Shown here piece by piece: positions 1-11,273 of a stretch of 64,000 nucleotides of DNA (its first letter is position 1; every line of letters starts with the position of its first letter). The stretch spans positions 42,131-106,130 of IMG/VR virus record IMGVR_UViG_3300014204_007089, one strand, 5' to 3'. The position numbers and the translations under genes were made by a program. The notes under the pieces were generated by a model that did not search any database, was not told the DNA's origin, and was given only the letters and a program-made list of their open reading frames with translations. This DNA is from a virus. Its lineage: Duplodnaviria; Caudoviricetes.

Positions 1-614
1 TATCCATCTAATATAATTCCACTTTCAGAACCACGTGCAATAAATTTAGCATATCCATCCATTGGATTTCCACCACCATCTCTTCTAACACTTGTACAGC
101 GTATAGTCCAAGTTTCAGGTGGAGAATTAATATCTACTAATGTCAGATTAGAAATAGTACCATTCCCAATATTATTAGTAGAAGATTTATAATATTGATC
201 ACCTGTTTGTCTTACAAGTGAAGCTGGTTGCAATTCGATTTGCCCAGTTTCAGGATCTAATCTAGCATCAAATCTAGAATCAAATGATAATAAATCAACC
301 ACATCTTCTGACAGGTTAAGTTCAATTCCATTTTTGAACAATCTAGATCTATTTATTACAACAGGAGCTACTACATCTTGTCCTATACCTAATAAAAAGT
401 GACGTCCATCAGAGCCTGTTGAAGATGTGTAAGTTGGATTGAAACCATCGTTTCCGTTACCGTTAGCGGAACCAACTAAGGTTTCTTCTTTCAAACCTTC
501 ACCTATAATTAAAGCAAGGCGAGAACCAGTTGGTACACTAACGCTACGCTGAAGCGTTTTTGTTTCTGAATACACGCCTGGAACTACACTTGTTGCACCT
601 GGAATATTGGCCAT
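1..614 (-). CDS. Contractile tail sheath protein, 5' part (runs off left edge)
   Basis: Not in ORF track. Hand translation from ATG 614 (RBS GAGAGG): MANIPGATSVVPGVYSETK..., open to base 1. PGVYxE is the typical sheath N-terminal motif. Confidence 0.75.
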   Translation of the reverse strand, partial: MANIPGATSVVPGVYSETKTLQRSVSVPTGSRLALIIGEGLKEETLVGSANGNGNDGFNPTYTSSTGSDGRHFLLGIGQDVVAPVVINRSRLFKNGIELNLSEDVVDLLSFDSRFDARLDPETGQIELQPASLVRQTGDQYYKSSTNNIGNGTISNLTLVDINSPPETWTIRCTSVRRDGGGNPMDGYAKFIARGSESGIILDG

Positions 615-699
615 TTATAATCCTCTCAAAGCTATTATTGCCTTATTATATGTTAAACTATTACTATTAGCTTTGCATAAACTAATACGTAGATATGCA

Positions 700-1515
700 T
701 TACAAAATTTCAATTTGATCCAAAAGAGATAATTTTTGATTAATTTCTAAATCAGGAACTATTATATTCTGAAATTCAGTAGTATTGAATGCTCTAAAAT
801 CTATACAAAAATTTATTGTTTCAATTATTCCATCTATTGGTATTAATCTTCTCCACTCACTACGAAAATCAACATTAATAGAAGCTTTATAAAGTTTATC
901 TTGTTGACGATCTTCACCTTCGGAAACTCCGCCAAGACTTGGTTGACCAGATTTTATTAATAAACCAGCCTTTCTAAAACTTTCAAATCTTATATCAGCA
1001 AACATTAACATCAAAATATCTACAAGATTATCTCTAGAATAAATATCTCTTGTTAATATATCTATTGTTAAAGTTCCTTCCCAAGCTCCTGATAAATCAA
1101 TATATTTAGGAGTAAAATATGATCTAAAATTTCCATATCCATCATCTATATAATATTTTTCATATTCAATTATATCTTTATTTCTATTCATTGAAATTGG
1201 AACATATTTAGCAGATGATACTTTTACCAAAATAGCAGGATAGAATATTGCATCAAAATGACATGCTTCTCCAATATAAATTCTAGTTGTTAGATTATCA
1301 TTATATCCAGCATCTTGTGGTAAATCTGTAATATCAACTACTTTTGGAAATCCAAATTCATCAGATACATATCTATAATATGTATCTTGAGCAAACTCTT
1401 CCCTAAGGATTCCTATAACTAATTCTTTAGGATAAGATGTAAGCGCGTTCTGTACAACATTATGTATATTGTACAGTTCATGCCTTACAAGATTTCCAGT
1501 TCCTGGAGTTGTCAT
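700..1515 (-). CDS. Virion protein, possibly tail completion/terminator
   Basis: 271 aa, directly upstream of the sheath gene; YPAILV strand motif; function inferred from position. Confidence 0.45.
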   Translation of the reverse strand: MTTPGTGNLVRHELYNIHNVVQNALTSYPKELVIGILREEFAQDTYYRYVSDEFGFPKVVDITDLPQDAGYNDNLTTRIYIGEACHFDAIFYPAILVKVSSAKYVPISMNRNKDIIEYEKYYIDDGYGNFRSYFTPKYIDLSGAWEGTLTIDILTRDIYSRDNLVDILMLMFADIRFESFRKAGLLIKSGQPSLGGVSEGEDRQQDKLYKASINVDFRSEWRRLIPIDGIIETINFCIDFRAFNTTEFQNIIVPDLEINQKLSLLDQIEIL

Positions 1516-1521
1516 AAAATA

Positions 1522-1533
1522 ATACTAAAATAT
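1522..1533 (-). promoter_or_regulatory. ATA-N5-GTAT putative late promoter element (representative copy)
   Basis: Recurs upstream of virion-block genes, often 6 nt before ATG. Confidence 0.4.
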
Positions 1534-1558
1534 TGCTTATATATTATTGTTTAATATT

Positions 1559-4500
1559 TTATGGATAATCAAAAGTACCAAAGTTTTCTGAAGATACAAT
1601 CCAATTTTCTGGATATGTACCAGATATAATATTATTTCTATCAGAAACATCAAACCAATTTGTAGAAATAAATCCATGACCATCACCTAATACATATATA
1701 GGTCTTGTTAAACCAGTTATATTAATTGATTTTAATGTATTTCCAATTATTAAATTATTATTTGTTTTAACTGATGCATAAATACCATGTAAAATATTAT
1801 TGCATTTATTTCCAGTAATAGATAAACTTCCAATAATATACATTGCATAAAGATATTGTAATGAAGTATTTGAATTACCATTTATAATATTATTTGCACA
1901 AATAATTTGATTATTATATGTTGGATTATTTCCAATAACAACTAATGCATATCTCTTTGTGGTTGAAGTTGTAACTATTTGATTAAATAATATGCTATCA
2001 TGTACAACAAATGTATTTTCCGAAATAATACAATTATATTCAACAGAATTTATTTTCATAAATTCAACTGTATTTCCTCTGATAATATATTCTGCTCCAT
2101 AAATTTCTTCATAATAATCAATTGAGTCGGCATATTTTCCATAACTATTTATAGTAGCAAATATACCACTTATAATTACTTTGGATTGATTATCTAATAT
2201 GTGTATTTGATTATTTAATGAATTATTTATTATATTAAATCCAATTAAACCTAATTGATTATTACGAATAACACAATTTTCAATATTACAATATGTAGGA
2301 TTAATCCAACCATTACCAGAAGTAGTAGCATGTCCTGATATTAATAATCCTTGATAACCATCTATCTTTGTATCTTCAATTATAATATTAGACATTGTAG
2401 GATAATTCAAAGATCCTGCACCATTAATATTTATAAAAGCATATGCTAAACTCTTTTTTGCATAATCTGATGAATCTTGTAAAATATTTCCACTAAAAGT
2501 TATATTTTTAAAAGTATTCGTAGTTCCAAAACATGAAACAAATGGTGGTCTTGGAGTGCTTTGTAAACTATAAAAATGTGAGTTTTCAATTATAAAATTT
2601 TCTATATTTGTAGCAGGAGTAATAATACTTTTTGCAACAAATGCTCCATAATTATAATTCAAACCAAAAATATTTATTGAACTAAGAGTTGTACTTGGTG
2701 TATAAAATACTTTTGCATCTTTAATCTTGCAATTTCCTTTAGTAAAAACCAAACCAATGTTACTATTTAATTCATAAGTTCCACCAATTAATTCTACATA
2801 ATTATCAAAAGATAAATATATTTCTGTATCATTAACTTTAACATATTTTACTTTAACTTGAGTAAGTCCATATTCATTAACCCAGTTACATAAAGAATCA
2901 ACTGTTATAAAGTTTGCATTATATCCATCTGTTTCATCACAATTACACCATGTAAAAGATCCTAAATCTTGATTTGTTATAAATCTACGAGCATCAGTAA
3001 CTGATTCTAATATAAAAGTACTAGTTAAATCAGCTATAACTTTAGCTATGATTGTTAAATCTTTTCTAGTATCAATAATATCTTTAAAACTTAAAGTTTC
3101 AATAAAATATTGAGTGCCAGAAGTTGTAAAGAATTGAACACCTACATCTTTAACTATTGCTTTTAATTGACCTGTTTTAGTAATACAAATAAAATATTCT
3201 ACAGTATCACTAATACTAGATTTAATTTCTGGTAATTTTACACTGTAAGAATCCATTGGTACAAATGAACCATTTACTAATGCTAAACCACCTGAGAATG
3301 TTAAAAGAGATCTCCCAGTAGATCCTGTACCAACACCCTTATATTCGAATCCACGTACAATACCATTAGCATGTAAATAACGTTCACCAGATTGTATAAA
3401 TTCAATAGCAGAATCTGATAGGTTCGTTTCTGATACCGTTCCAAATTCTCTTAAATCAGTAATAGACATAACATGATTACTACTATGACTTACACCTGCA
3501 ATTAAGAAATATTCATCATTTTTTGAAGCTGTTGGAAAAATTTCAATATCTATAATTCTTGGTTCTGTAGTACATACAATAGTTCCAGGATTAATGGTAT
3601 CTTCACGATATTCAATATCAATATAATTTATATATGTATTATCATAGAATCTTAATACATTGTCTTTTGTACCTTTAGTAATAGGTCCAATATTTATTAA
3701 ATTAGAAGTGCCATTTGGTTCACCTATATAACCATCAAACTCACCTGTAGATGAATTATAATTTCTAAGACATAATCTAACAAAATATCTATATATAGAA
3801 GGATCTGTTTGATATCCTATTATTTTTTTAGATACATTACGTATTCTCCAATTATCTTTTAATGTATCAAATAATATAACGGTTTGAGTGCTTTTTAAAA
3901 TTCTTGCACGTTCTATTCCAAATGTATGACCTTCATTATTAATAAATATTTCATGATATCTATGATAATCACCAGGAACATTTACAAGTTGTGTAGTATT
4001 AAAACCAACAGAATCGTCTGAGAAATAAATTCTTACAATATCTCCTATTGAAGATGTTGCTCCTAAAGCTATATCTATATCATCAGAATGAACACCATTT
4101 ATAACACTTATAGTTGTAGTTTGTACAATATCACAAGGAGCATTATAAGATACTTTACCAATAATAAATCTTCCATATCCAATAATACTTGGGTCATTTT
4201 GATTTATTGATTGTATAACAATTGTTTTACCAGGTTTTAAACCTTCAGATCTTAAATCTGCATTAATTTCATATTGGACAACTTGAGATCCATCAACAAT
4301 ATTTACATCATTAACTACTGCTAATAAATATCCATCACCTTGTACAAAGTTTTTAGAACCAACTAAATCCCTTCTTGTTCCATTAATAACAGCATAACGA
4401 TATTTTACTGGTTTAATTATAAACGTTGATAAATTAGAAGCTGATTGTGGTCCTGAATACGAAGTTGTATTTATAGGAGATGCAAAACCAGCTCTTGATA

Positions 4501-6175
4501 AACCCAATCCTAATGGATCATTGCCATCATACGCATCCCCAATAACATTTTGTGTATAAATAGATGGAATTATTGTATCACCACTAACAACACCATTTAT
4601 AATAGAAAAAGAAGATTCATTATAAAAATCTGCTAACATTATACCAAATTCACCCTTTTGATTAAAAGCAATAAATCTGTAATTATAACCAGCGGCTCTA
4701 AATGCTTTGTTTGTTTCTTCAACAACTCTATCTATTGTATATTTTCCACAACTAGCTCCTGCATCTCCTGTAACATCTATAGGTGGCAAATTTGAAAATG
4801 ATGTTAATGTAGTATCTAAATATAATCTTAAATAAAGATTATAATGAGTAGAATCTAATTGGCCAGGATCAAACCCTAATCCAACAGCAACAGCTCCTCT
4901 TGGATTACCTAAAATAATTCCATCAGGATATGGTGAAATTCCTGGAAGAACAGGAAATATATTTTGATATGCCCCAGCAGCTACAAATACACCCCATGTA
5001 TTTGTATCAAATTTAGACTTATCAATTCTTGCACGTGCATATCCATCTATAACATTTACCAAATTATATGCATTAATTCTTACTACCCATTTTCTTTCAG
5101 GTACAAATTCATGAGAAACTGATTTAATTGGAAAATCTTCAGATACATACGAATATCCATCCTGCCAAATATATCCATCTTCTCCTTCATCCCAAATATA
5201 ACCATCATATCCAGACCAAACTGGATATGTTATACGTACAATATCACCAACTAAAACACGTCCAAATTTTTCATCAAAAGAATAACTATCAATATCTTCT
5301 TGAGATGGTATAAATTCAACAATATCATCACCATTAGCTATTGTGTCATTTGGATCTGTTTGATCTGGCATTGCTAAATAAACATATACTGATGTTAATG
5401 GAACAACATTCATTCCATATCCATCACCAGATAAATTATCATTTCTAGCAGTACGACAAATTCCATTTGAATGTAATGTAGCTCTATCAAGACCAGCTGA
5501 TAATGTTTCTCTTTGATCTAAATAATTAAATACAGATTGTACATTTGTTTTATCTACTGGAATTTCTAAAAATTCTGAAGAATCAACTTCAATAGCGCTA
5601 GCTACATGAGCATTTGTTATTTCATTTTCATGACCAATTAATTCGTTATTAATTTCTACTAATGCAGATGCTACATTAACCGATGGTCTTGGAGTTCCAT
5701 CTTTTTCATATAAAGTATATAAACCACCATCTAACATAATAGCACTAGCATTATGATTAGATGAAGTTCCTGCTATATGTCCTATAATATTTAGATTAAG
5801 ATTTAATAAACTTAATTGAATAGAAGAAATAGAACTTACTAAAGTTTCTATTCTATTATTTAAACTTGAAGTTCCAAAATCAAGTTTAAGTTTTGATTCT
5901 ATTATATTTGCATTTGTTGCAATTTGATTATTATCAATTGGAAATGTCGGTAATCCTAAACCAGTTAAATTAGGAGTTCCATCAGCATTGATAAAAACAG
6001 AAATACGATCATTTAAATTTGTTTTTGAACCTTGCACATTTATACCAATTGTTTTTTCAATAGAAAAAACAGCTTGTCTTAATTGGTTTATTGCAGTAGT
6101 TCCAAGTTCAGATAAATTATCATCAATCCTAACTACACTTACATCATTATCAATTGCTGAAGGATAAGTTGTCAT
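1559..6175 (-). CDS. Large virion (baseplate/fibre) protein with C-terminal beta-helix
   Basis: 1538 aa; N-terminal YPxxxD...INQLRQAVFSIEKTIG module like that of 18466..23373; Asn/Ile-rich beta-helix-like C-terminus; 9 DGY. Confidence 0.65.
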   Translation of the reverse strand: MTTYPSAIDNDVSVVRIDDNLSELGTTAINQLRQAVFSIEKTIGINVQGSKTNLNDRISVFINADGTPNLTGLGLPTFPIDNNQIATNANIIESKLKLDFGTSSLNNRIETLVSSISSIQLSLLNLNLNIIGHIAGTSSNHNASAIMLDGGLYTLYEKDGTPRPSVNVASALVEINNELIGHENEITNAHVASAIEVDSSEFLEIPVDKTNVQSVFNYLDQRETLSAGLDRATLHSNGICRTARNDNLSGDGYGMNVVPLTSVYVYLAMPDQTDPNDTIANGDDIVEFIPSQEDIDSYSFDEKFGRVLVGDIVRITYPVWSGYDGYIWDEGEDGYIWQDGYSYVSEDFPIKSVSHEFVPERKWVVRINAYNLVNVIDGYARARIDKSKFDTNTWGVFVAAGAYQNIFPVLPGISPYPDGIILGNPRGAVAVGLGFDPGQLDSTHYNLYLRLYLDTTLTSFSNLPPIDVTGDAGASCGKYTIDRVVEETNKAFRAAGYNYRFIAFNQKGEFGIMLADFYNESSFSIINGVVSGDTIIPSIYTQNVIGDAYDGNDPLGLGLSRAGFASPINTTSYSGPQSASNLSTFIIKPVKYRYAVINGTRRDLVGSKNFVQGDGYLLAVVNDVNIVDGSQVVQYEINADLRSEGLKPGKTIVIQSINQNDPSIIGYGRFIIGKVSYNAPCDIVQTTTISVINGVHSDDIDIALGATSSIGDIVRIYFSDDSVGFNTTQLVNVPGDYHRYHEIFINNEGHTFGIERARILKSTQTVILFDTLKDNWRIRNVSKKIIGYQTDPSIYRYFVRLCLRNYNSSTGEFDGYIGEPNGTSNLINIGPITKGTKDNVLRFYDNTYINYIDIEYREDTINPGTIVCTTEPRIIDIEIFPTASKNDEYFLIAGVSHSSNHVMSITDLREFGTVSETNLSDSAIEFIQSGERYLHANGIVRGFEYKGVGTGSTGRSLLTFSGGLALVNGSFVPMDSYSVKLPEIKSSISDTVEYFICITKTGQLKAIVKDVGVQFFTTSGTQYFIETLSFKDIIDTRKDLTIIAKVIADLTSTFILESVTDARRFITNQDLGSFTWCNCDETDGYNANFITVDSLCNWVNEYGLTQVKVKYVKVNDTEIYLSFDNYVELIGGTYELNSNIGLVFTKGNCKIKDAKVFYTPSTTLSSINIFGLNYNYGAFVAKSIITPATNIENFIIENSHFYSLQSTPRPPFVSCFGTTNTFKNITFSGNILQDSSDYAKKSLAYAFININGAGSLNYPTMSNIIIEDTKIDGYQGLLISGHATTSGNGWINPTYCNIENCVIRNNQLGLIGFNIINNSLNNQIHILDNQSKVIISGIFATINSYGKYADSIDYYEEIYGAEYIIRGNTVEFMKINSVEYNCIISENTFVVHDSILFNQIVTTSTTKRYALVVIGNNPTYNNQIICANNIINGNSNTSLQYLYAMYIIGSLSITGNKCNNILHGIYASVKTNNNLIIGNTLKSINITGLTRPIYVLGDGHGFISTNWFDVSDRNNIISGTYPENWIVSSENFGTFDYP

Positions 6176-6191
6176 TTACGTTCCTTTTTAA

Positions 6192-6620
6192 TTACTCTTT
6201 TTCTTCTACATTTTCTGTAATATCATTTTTTAATATGTTTACATTATTAATTTTTTCTTTAATTGAATTTGGTAAATATTGATCGATAGATTTTTTAGCA
6301 AATCCATAAATTTTACTACTAGCTAAACCAGCAATAATACCTACAAATGTACGCGCCGAATCACTAGATACAAATTCTTCTGGAAATGGATAATCTTTAA
6401 GAAGATATGCTAACAAACCACCAACTAAAAGTGGAAGACCTCTTAATATCCATTCTCTCCAAAAAAATATTATATGATTTTCTAATTTATCAGGAATTAT
6501 AAAAGATATTTTCTTTATTATTGTTTCTACTATTCTTCTTAAAATCAAAACCATAATAGCAATTACAAGTGAGAAAATAAAAACAGATGTTGTAAAAATA
6601 TTTAAAAATGTTTGTTCCAT
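6192..6620 (-). CDS. Membrane protein, holin-like
   Basis: 142 aa, three hydrophobic segments, charged C-terminal tail. Confidence 0.4.
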   Translation of the reverse strand: MEQTFLNIFTTSVFIFSLVIAIMVLILRRIVETIIKKISFIIPDKLENHIIFFWREWILRGLPLLVGGLLAYLLKDYPFPEEFVSSDSARTFVGIIAGLASSKIYGFAKKSIDQYLPNSIKEKINNVNILKNDITENVEEKE

Positions 6621-6635
6621 AAATCACCTACTATA

Positions 6636-9608
6636 TTAAAAATCATAATTACCATAATTCTCTGATGTTAAAATCCAATCACTAGCTCCTGACCCATCTA
6701 AAATTATTGTTTCATCATCAATATCAAACCAATTTGATGAGACTATACCATGTCCACCTACTACAAAAATTGGTTCAGTCATAGAAACTTTATAATTAGA
6801 ATTAAAAGAATTTCCACAAATTAAACTACCATTCATTGTAGCATTAAGTTGAATAAAATTATTTGCTAAAGTACCAACATTACAATACCATGATAAAATC
6901 ATATTACTATTTATATTTGCAATACCACTAGTTACTATAGATGTTGCACAATGATATTGTGTAAGTATTCCAGTGTTTCTATGTTCTATAGTATTATTTA
7001 TAACTTTTACTATAGAATATATACCCGCATAATAAGTATTTATTCCTAGGGCACTTATTATATTAACAGTCATAGCAGTGCCATTAGGATATACAAGAGT
7101 ATAATCATGACATGAATAATTTACATCATTTGAATTAAAATTAACATTCCAACCAGGTGCCATTATATTTACCAAACACCCAATTAAAGTTCCATATTCA
7201 GACCTTACATCAATTGGTCTTACATTCGTTCCTGTTAAAACTCCAATAAATTTATTATCAGAAATATTAATAGATGAAGAAGATATTTGACCTTCTTCAT
7301 CAGAAAGAACACTGCCAACACACATTGTATGATTAGAATATCCTGCAGTAGATGTTTTTATACATAATACATTACTTATACCATTAGTTGGAATATCATG
7401 ATGTCTAATTTCATTTCCATGTATATTAATTTTACCACCAATAATTCCAGAACCACTACTAACACTAAAATCATAAATATAAACAGGAATTCCACCAATT
7501 ATTTTGTTGTTATTTAATTCTATTAATTTTTCAGATGATAAATAACAACAAATAATTGAATGTAAAAAATCACCTGTTACATATAAACCTTTTTGATCTG
7601 GTCCAGAAATATTACTATTATTAATTACTAAAGAATTTGTACCTGTAATATTAGTGTGATATTTATAATAATTTACAGAATTTAATAAACTAGCAGATAC
7701 TAATACTTGTGGACTGTTTATATTTATATTATCTATAAATACGTTATAAGCATTTATAAAAATATAACTTTTTTGATTTGTAATAGCTGATTTTGTTCTT
7801 ATTCCACTAGCGGTTAGATTAAATATACAATTTTCTAAAGATACATAAGCATTAACATTGTTAACTCTAAAACCATAACCATAACCATTAAAATAACAAT
7901 TTAAAACATAGCAAGAACTTGATAATATATCTAAATTAACAATATCACTAAATACTCCGGTTTGTTCAAATCTACAATTTTCTACAATGGCACTTTTTGT
8001 ATTTTCAATACCTACAGTACAATTAATAAATGAAACATTTTTGAAAATATTATAATCTTGAACATCTTGTAAATTAGAAATAATTTGTTGAGGATGATTA
8101 ATTGCTACAAATTCAATATTTTCTGCTTTACCAATATAATTAGTATAAACTCCAGAAGTTAAATTTTGAATATCAGAATTTAATTGAATAATAACTTTAC
8201 GACTTGTTCCATATGTACTACTAGTACTAATATTTCCAATAATTTTTCCAACTTTAAGTTGAGTATTAACAGTATATGTTCCAGGATTAACAATAATAAT
8301 CTGTTCACCCCTACTACTAAGATAATTTTCATCTATACTTGAAATACCAAGCGCGGTTGTATTTATTAAAGAATTAACTAATTCAAGAGAATCTGTTCCT
8401 GTAAAATCACCAGTTGAATGTATACCATCACCTATTGTAATATACCATGGATTACTTTTAACTGATCCCCAAAAATTTCCTACATCAGATAATATAAAAG
8501 CCCATTTAACAACCCTTGAATCAAGAATATAATTAGTACGAGACATTAATTCATTTGAATCAGGATTATCAGTTATAAAAATACTACCTTTATTTCCAAT
8601 CAAACTAACAAATGCATTTTCAACTGGTACAGCTTGCGCTATCAGATTTAAAAAATATCCATATTTTGTATACCCTGTTAAAGTATATGCAAAATAATAA
8701 TTATTATGAATAAAAATTTTACCAATACAAGTTGAAATAAAATAACCAGTATTTGTTGTTGTTATAGTCCTTACCCTGCAATTTTCTACACGTAATTCTG
8801 ATAAATGAGGTTCATTAGTTGGTGCAAATCTTATAGCTGTACTAACACCATCAATATAACATTTATTTAAATGAAGAATTGTTGGAGTACTAACAGGTGC
8901 TGGTGAAACAGGTGTAACAACTCTTATACCATAACGAGTTGTTATTCCACCATATACGCGACCAATAATTGTAACATTTTCTAATAATAATTCGCACCCT
9001 TCGTCCATTTGTATTAATTGTCCATTAGTCCAAGAAGGTGCTCCACTATTTACATTTCCGTCTTTATTATCAAATATGGTTATATTCCAAAGTCTACTCA
9101 TTTTTGTAGATATTATTGTTTCAAGACCATGTATACCAAGATTTTCAATATCTTCTGAATATAAAAATTTAAAAGCTGGACCATTAATAACTTCTGATAC
9201 TATTCTAGCTCCACCTGGTTCTCCCCAAATAGTAATACCTTTAGGAACCTCAACGGTTTTTCTTAAAATATAATCACCAGGTTTAATTACAATAATTCCA
9301 CCAATACCATTGATTCTAATTCTGGCAAAAGCCCATTGAAATGCATAATATAAATCTTCTTTTGGAAGAGTATTATAACCATCTCCAATAGTAATAAAAC
9401 CACCATTAAGACCACTAAAAGCTAATTCTTCTAATGTTCCTTGTAATGTTGTCGATGTAAATTCAGGAAGTACAGGATTTAAATCTATTTGAGTAGCATC
9501 ATGTCTAAAATCACCACCATTATAATGTGCAACGAAATTCTGATTATGAGTAGCTGAATACCCACCTTCTCGTTCACGTCCACTTCCAATAAATCTAGTT
9601 CTGACCAT
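6636..9608 (-). CDS. Tailspike-like protein with pectate-lyase-type beta-helix domains
   Basis: 990 aa; GGIIVIKPGDY...GITIWG and IIIVNPGTY beta-helix caps; repeated IxNNxF turns. Confidence 0.65.
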   Translation of the reverse strand: MVRTRFIGSGREREGGYSATHNQNFVAHYNGGDFRHDATQIDLNPVLPEFTSTTLQGTLEELAFSGLNGGFITIGDGYNTLPKEDLYYAFQWAFARIRINGIGGIIVIKPGDYILRKTVEVPKGITIWGEPGGARIVSEVINGPAFKFLYSEDIENLGIHGLETIISTKMSRLWNITIFDNKDGNVNSGAPSWTNGQLIQMDEGCELLLENVTIIGRVYGGITTRYGIRVVTPVSPAPVSTPTILHLNKCYIDGVSTAIRFAPTNEPHLSELRVENCRVRTITTTNTGYFISTCIGKIFIHNNYYFAYTLTGYTKYGYFLNLIAQAVPVENAFVSLIGNKGSIFITDNPDSNELMSRTNYILDSRVVKWAFILSDVGNFWGSVKSNPWYITIGDGIHSTGDFTGTDSLELVNSLINTTALGISSIDENYLSSRGEQIIIVNPGTYTVNTQLKVGKIIGNISTSSTYGTSRKVIIQLNSDIQNLTSGVYTNYIGKAENIEFVAINHPQQIISNLQDVQDYNIFKNVSFINCTVGIENTKSAIVENCRFEQTGVFSDIVNLDILSSSCYVLNCYFNGYGYGFRVNNVNAYVSLENCIFNLTASGIRTKSAITNQKSYIFINAYNVFIDNININSPQVLVSASLLNSVNYYKYHTNITGTNSLVINNSNISGPDQKGLYVTGDFLHSIICCYLSSEKLIELNNNKIIGGIPVYIYDFSVSSGSGIIGGKINIHGNEIRHHDIPTNGISNVLCIKTSTAGYSNHTMCVGSVLSDEEGQISSSSINISDNKFIGVLTGTNVRPIDVRSEYGTLIGCLVNIMAPGWNVNFNSNDVNYSCHDYTLVYPNGTAMTVNIISALGINTYYAGIYSIVKVINNTIEHRNTGILTQYHCATSIVTSGIANINSNMILSWYCNVGTLANNFIQLNATMNGSLICGNSFNSNYKVSMTEPIFVVGGHGIVSSNWFDIDDETIILDGSGASDWILTSENYGNYDF

Positions 9609-9636
9609 ATTCTAATACTCCAATATTACAGGTTTC

Positions 9637-11247
9637 TTAAGGCATAATAATTTGATGACTATGAGAAAATAAATCTATTACAATTCCATTTACAACAGCA
9701 TGTCCATGACCTTGTTCACTACTCGTTATCTGATTTATTTGAGAAATATTAATAATTTTCTCAGAAATTTTTACACGATGCATATGTGGAATTAAAATAC
9801 CATTAGGCCCTAACATCATACCAATAGTTGTAAGTATTTCTGATGGCATTGTACTAGTATCTCTAAAAGAACGAACTTGATAAATAGGATCTGTCTTACG
9901 CACTCTTATAGCTGTAAATTTTTGTAAACCAGAATCTTCTAATAATGTTCTATTTCTCTCAACATCTATAATTTCATATCTCCATTCTTCAGAACCATCT
10001 TTATTAAATCTAATTATAAAATCACCATCTTGAACTGATGGTGTAACTAATGTCCAACACTTTGGAATATAAGTATTTTCAATACCAGGATCTTCTCTCT
10101 TAAGATCTTCTGTTGTAGGTCCAAAACGTACAAGAATTTTCCCATCACTTCTTCGTGAATTATAATATTGATCATATCCATTTACCATAGACGTACCATA
10201 ATTATCTAATCCACGGTAAGTTGTATTTTCTCTAGTAGAATCATAATGTTGTGATTGTTTACCTTCCCATTTTCTTCTAAACAAAACAACTGGTTCACCA
10301 GTATTTTCAAGTAAATATTCTTCTCTCATATTCATATGTTCTTGAACACCAATGCCACGAATAGCATTACCAACACCCCATTCTCCATCGGCACAACCAA
10401 GCTCCCCTCCGAAATATGTACCAATACATCTTCCTGCAATATAATCTGATACACTGTTACGATCCCAACCAGTATTATCATATTTTGGAAAATCTGAATT
10501 GGCAGCATCTACTACTGCTAAATTACTATTTCCAGTTAAAATATCTACACGTTCTCTATAACCATCTACTATTGTTCGTGCATATTGAAATTCAAATTTA
10601 TTTTCATCCAAACCTATTACATTATTTCCATCTTCAAAACCTTTCCAAAGACGAACAATTCCATCAGAATAATGATAACCATCATATCCATCAATTGTAT
10701 GACTTCTAGGTTCGTATCCATAAACTCCACGTTGATCATAACCATCTAAAATTAAATATCCATTTACATAATCAACCGAAGAATAATAAATTGGTTCTGC
10801 CCCTATTAAAACAATTCCAGTAGAAGGAAATCCATCAGCATCATTAAGTGGAATTATAAGATCTGTAGCTGAAATATTATATCTTAAAGCAGCTTCCGGA
10901 TATATGTAAAACCCATTTATGTTAGGAAGCTCATTAAATCTTAAAGTTTCAGGCTCATGACCAGATGCACGAACAGCAAAATAATAAATACTACCAGGTG
11001 TAAAACCATCTTGTATCATCATAGATAAAATATTATTTGGTGCTACAAATTTTACACCTTCTGTAAAAATACTTTCTTTTATTGATGAAAAATAAATATT
11101 ATAAACCAAATCCCAATTTGATGGCGAAATATAAGATCTATACCATTCTAAAGAAATAGAATATCCATCTCCATGAGCTATAACTGTTTTAACCCCATGA
11201 AGTGAACTATCAAATGTCCAAATTTTAATTGGTGATGTACATATCAT
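9637..11247 (-). CDS. Virion structural protein (FN3-like N-terminus, His-rich C-terminus)
   Basis: 536 aa; FTPGSIYYFAVRA FN3-like motif; C-terminal HMH...GHGH...HSH; 5 DGY. Confidence 0.5.
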   Translation of the reverse strand: MICTSPIKIWTFDSSLHGVKTVIAHGDGYSISLEWYRSYISPSNWDLVYNIYFSSIKESIFTEGVKFVAPNNILSMMIQDGFTPGSIYYFAVRASGHEPETLRFNELPNINGFYIYPEAALRYNISATDLIIPLNDADGFPSTGIVLIGAEPIYYSSVDYVNGYLILDGYDQRGVYGYEPRSHTIDGYDGYHYSDGIVRLWKGFEDGNNVIGLDENKFEFQYARTIVDGYRERVDILTGNSNLAVVDAANSDFPKYDNTGWDRNSVSDYIAGRCIGTYFGGELGCADGEWGVGNAIRGIGVQEHMNMREEYLLENTGEPVVLFRRKWEGKQSQHYDSTRENTTYRGLDNYGTSMVNGYDQYYNSRRSDGKILVRFGPTTEDLKREDPGIENTYIPKCWTLVTPSVQDGDFIIRFNKDGSEEWRYEIIDVERNRTLLEDSGLQKFTAIRVRKTDPIYQVRSFRDTSTMPSEILTTIGMMLGPNGILIPHMHRVKISEKIINISQINQITSSEQGHGHAVVNGIVIDLFSHSHQIIMP

Positions 11248-11273
11248 ATCACCAGATATACCAAATTATCCAT

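Noticed and set aside
1559-6790. Diversity-generating retroelement suggested by shared fibre C-termini
   Set aside because: No reverse transcriptase seen; differences are not adenine-specific and include indels.
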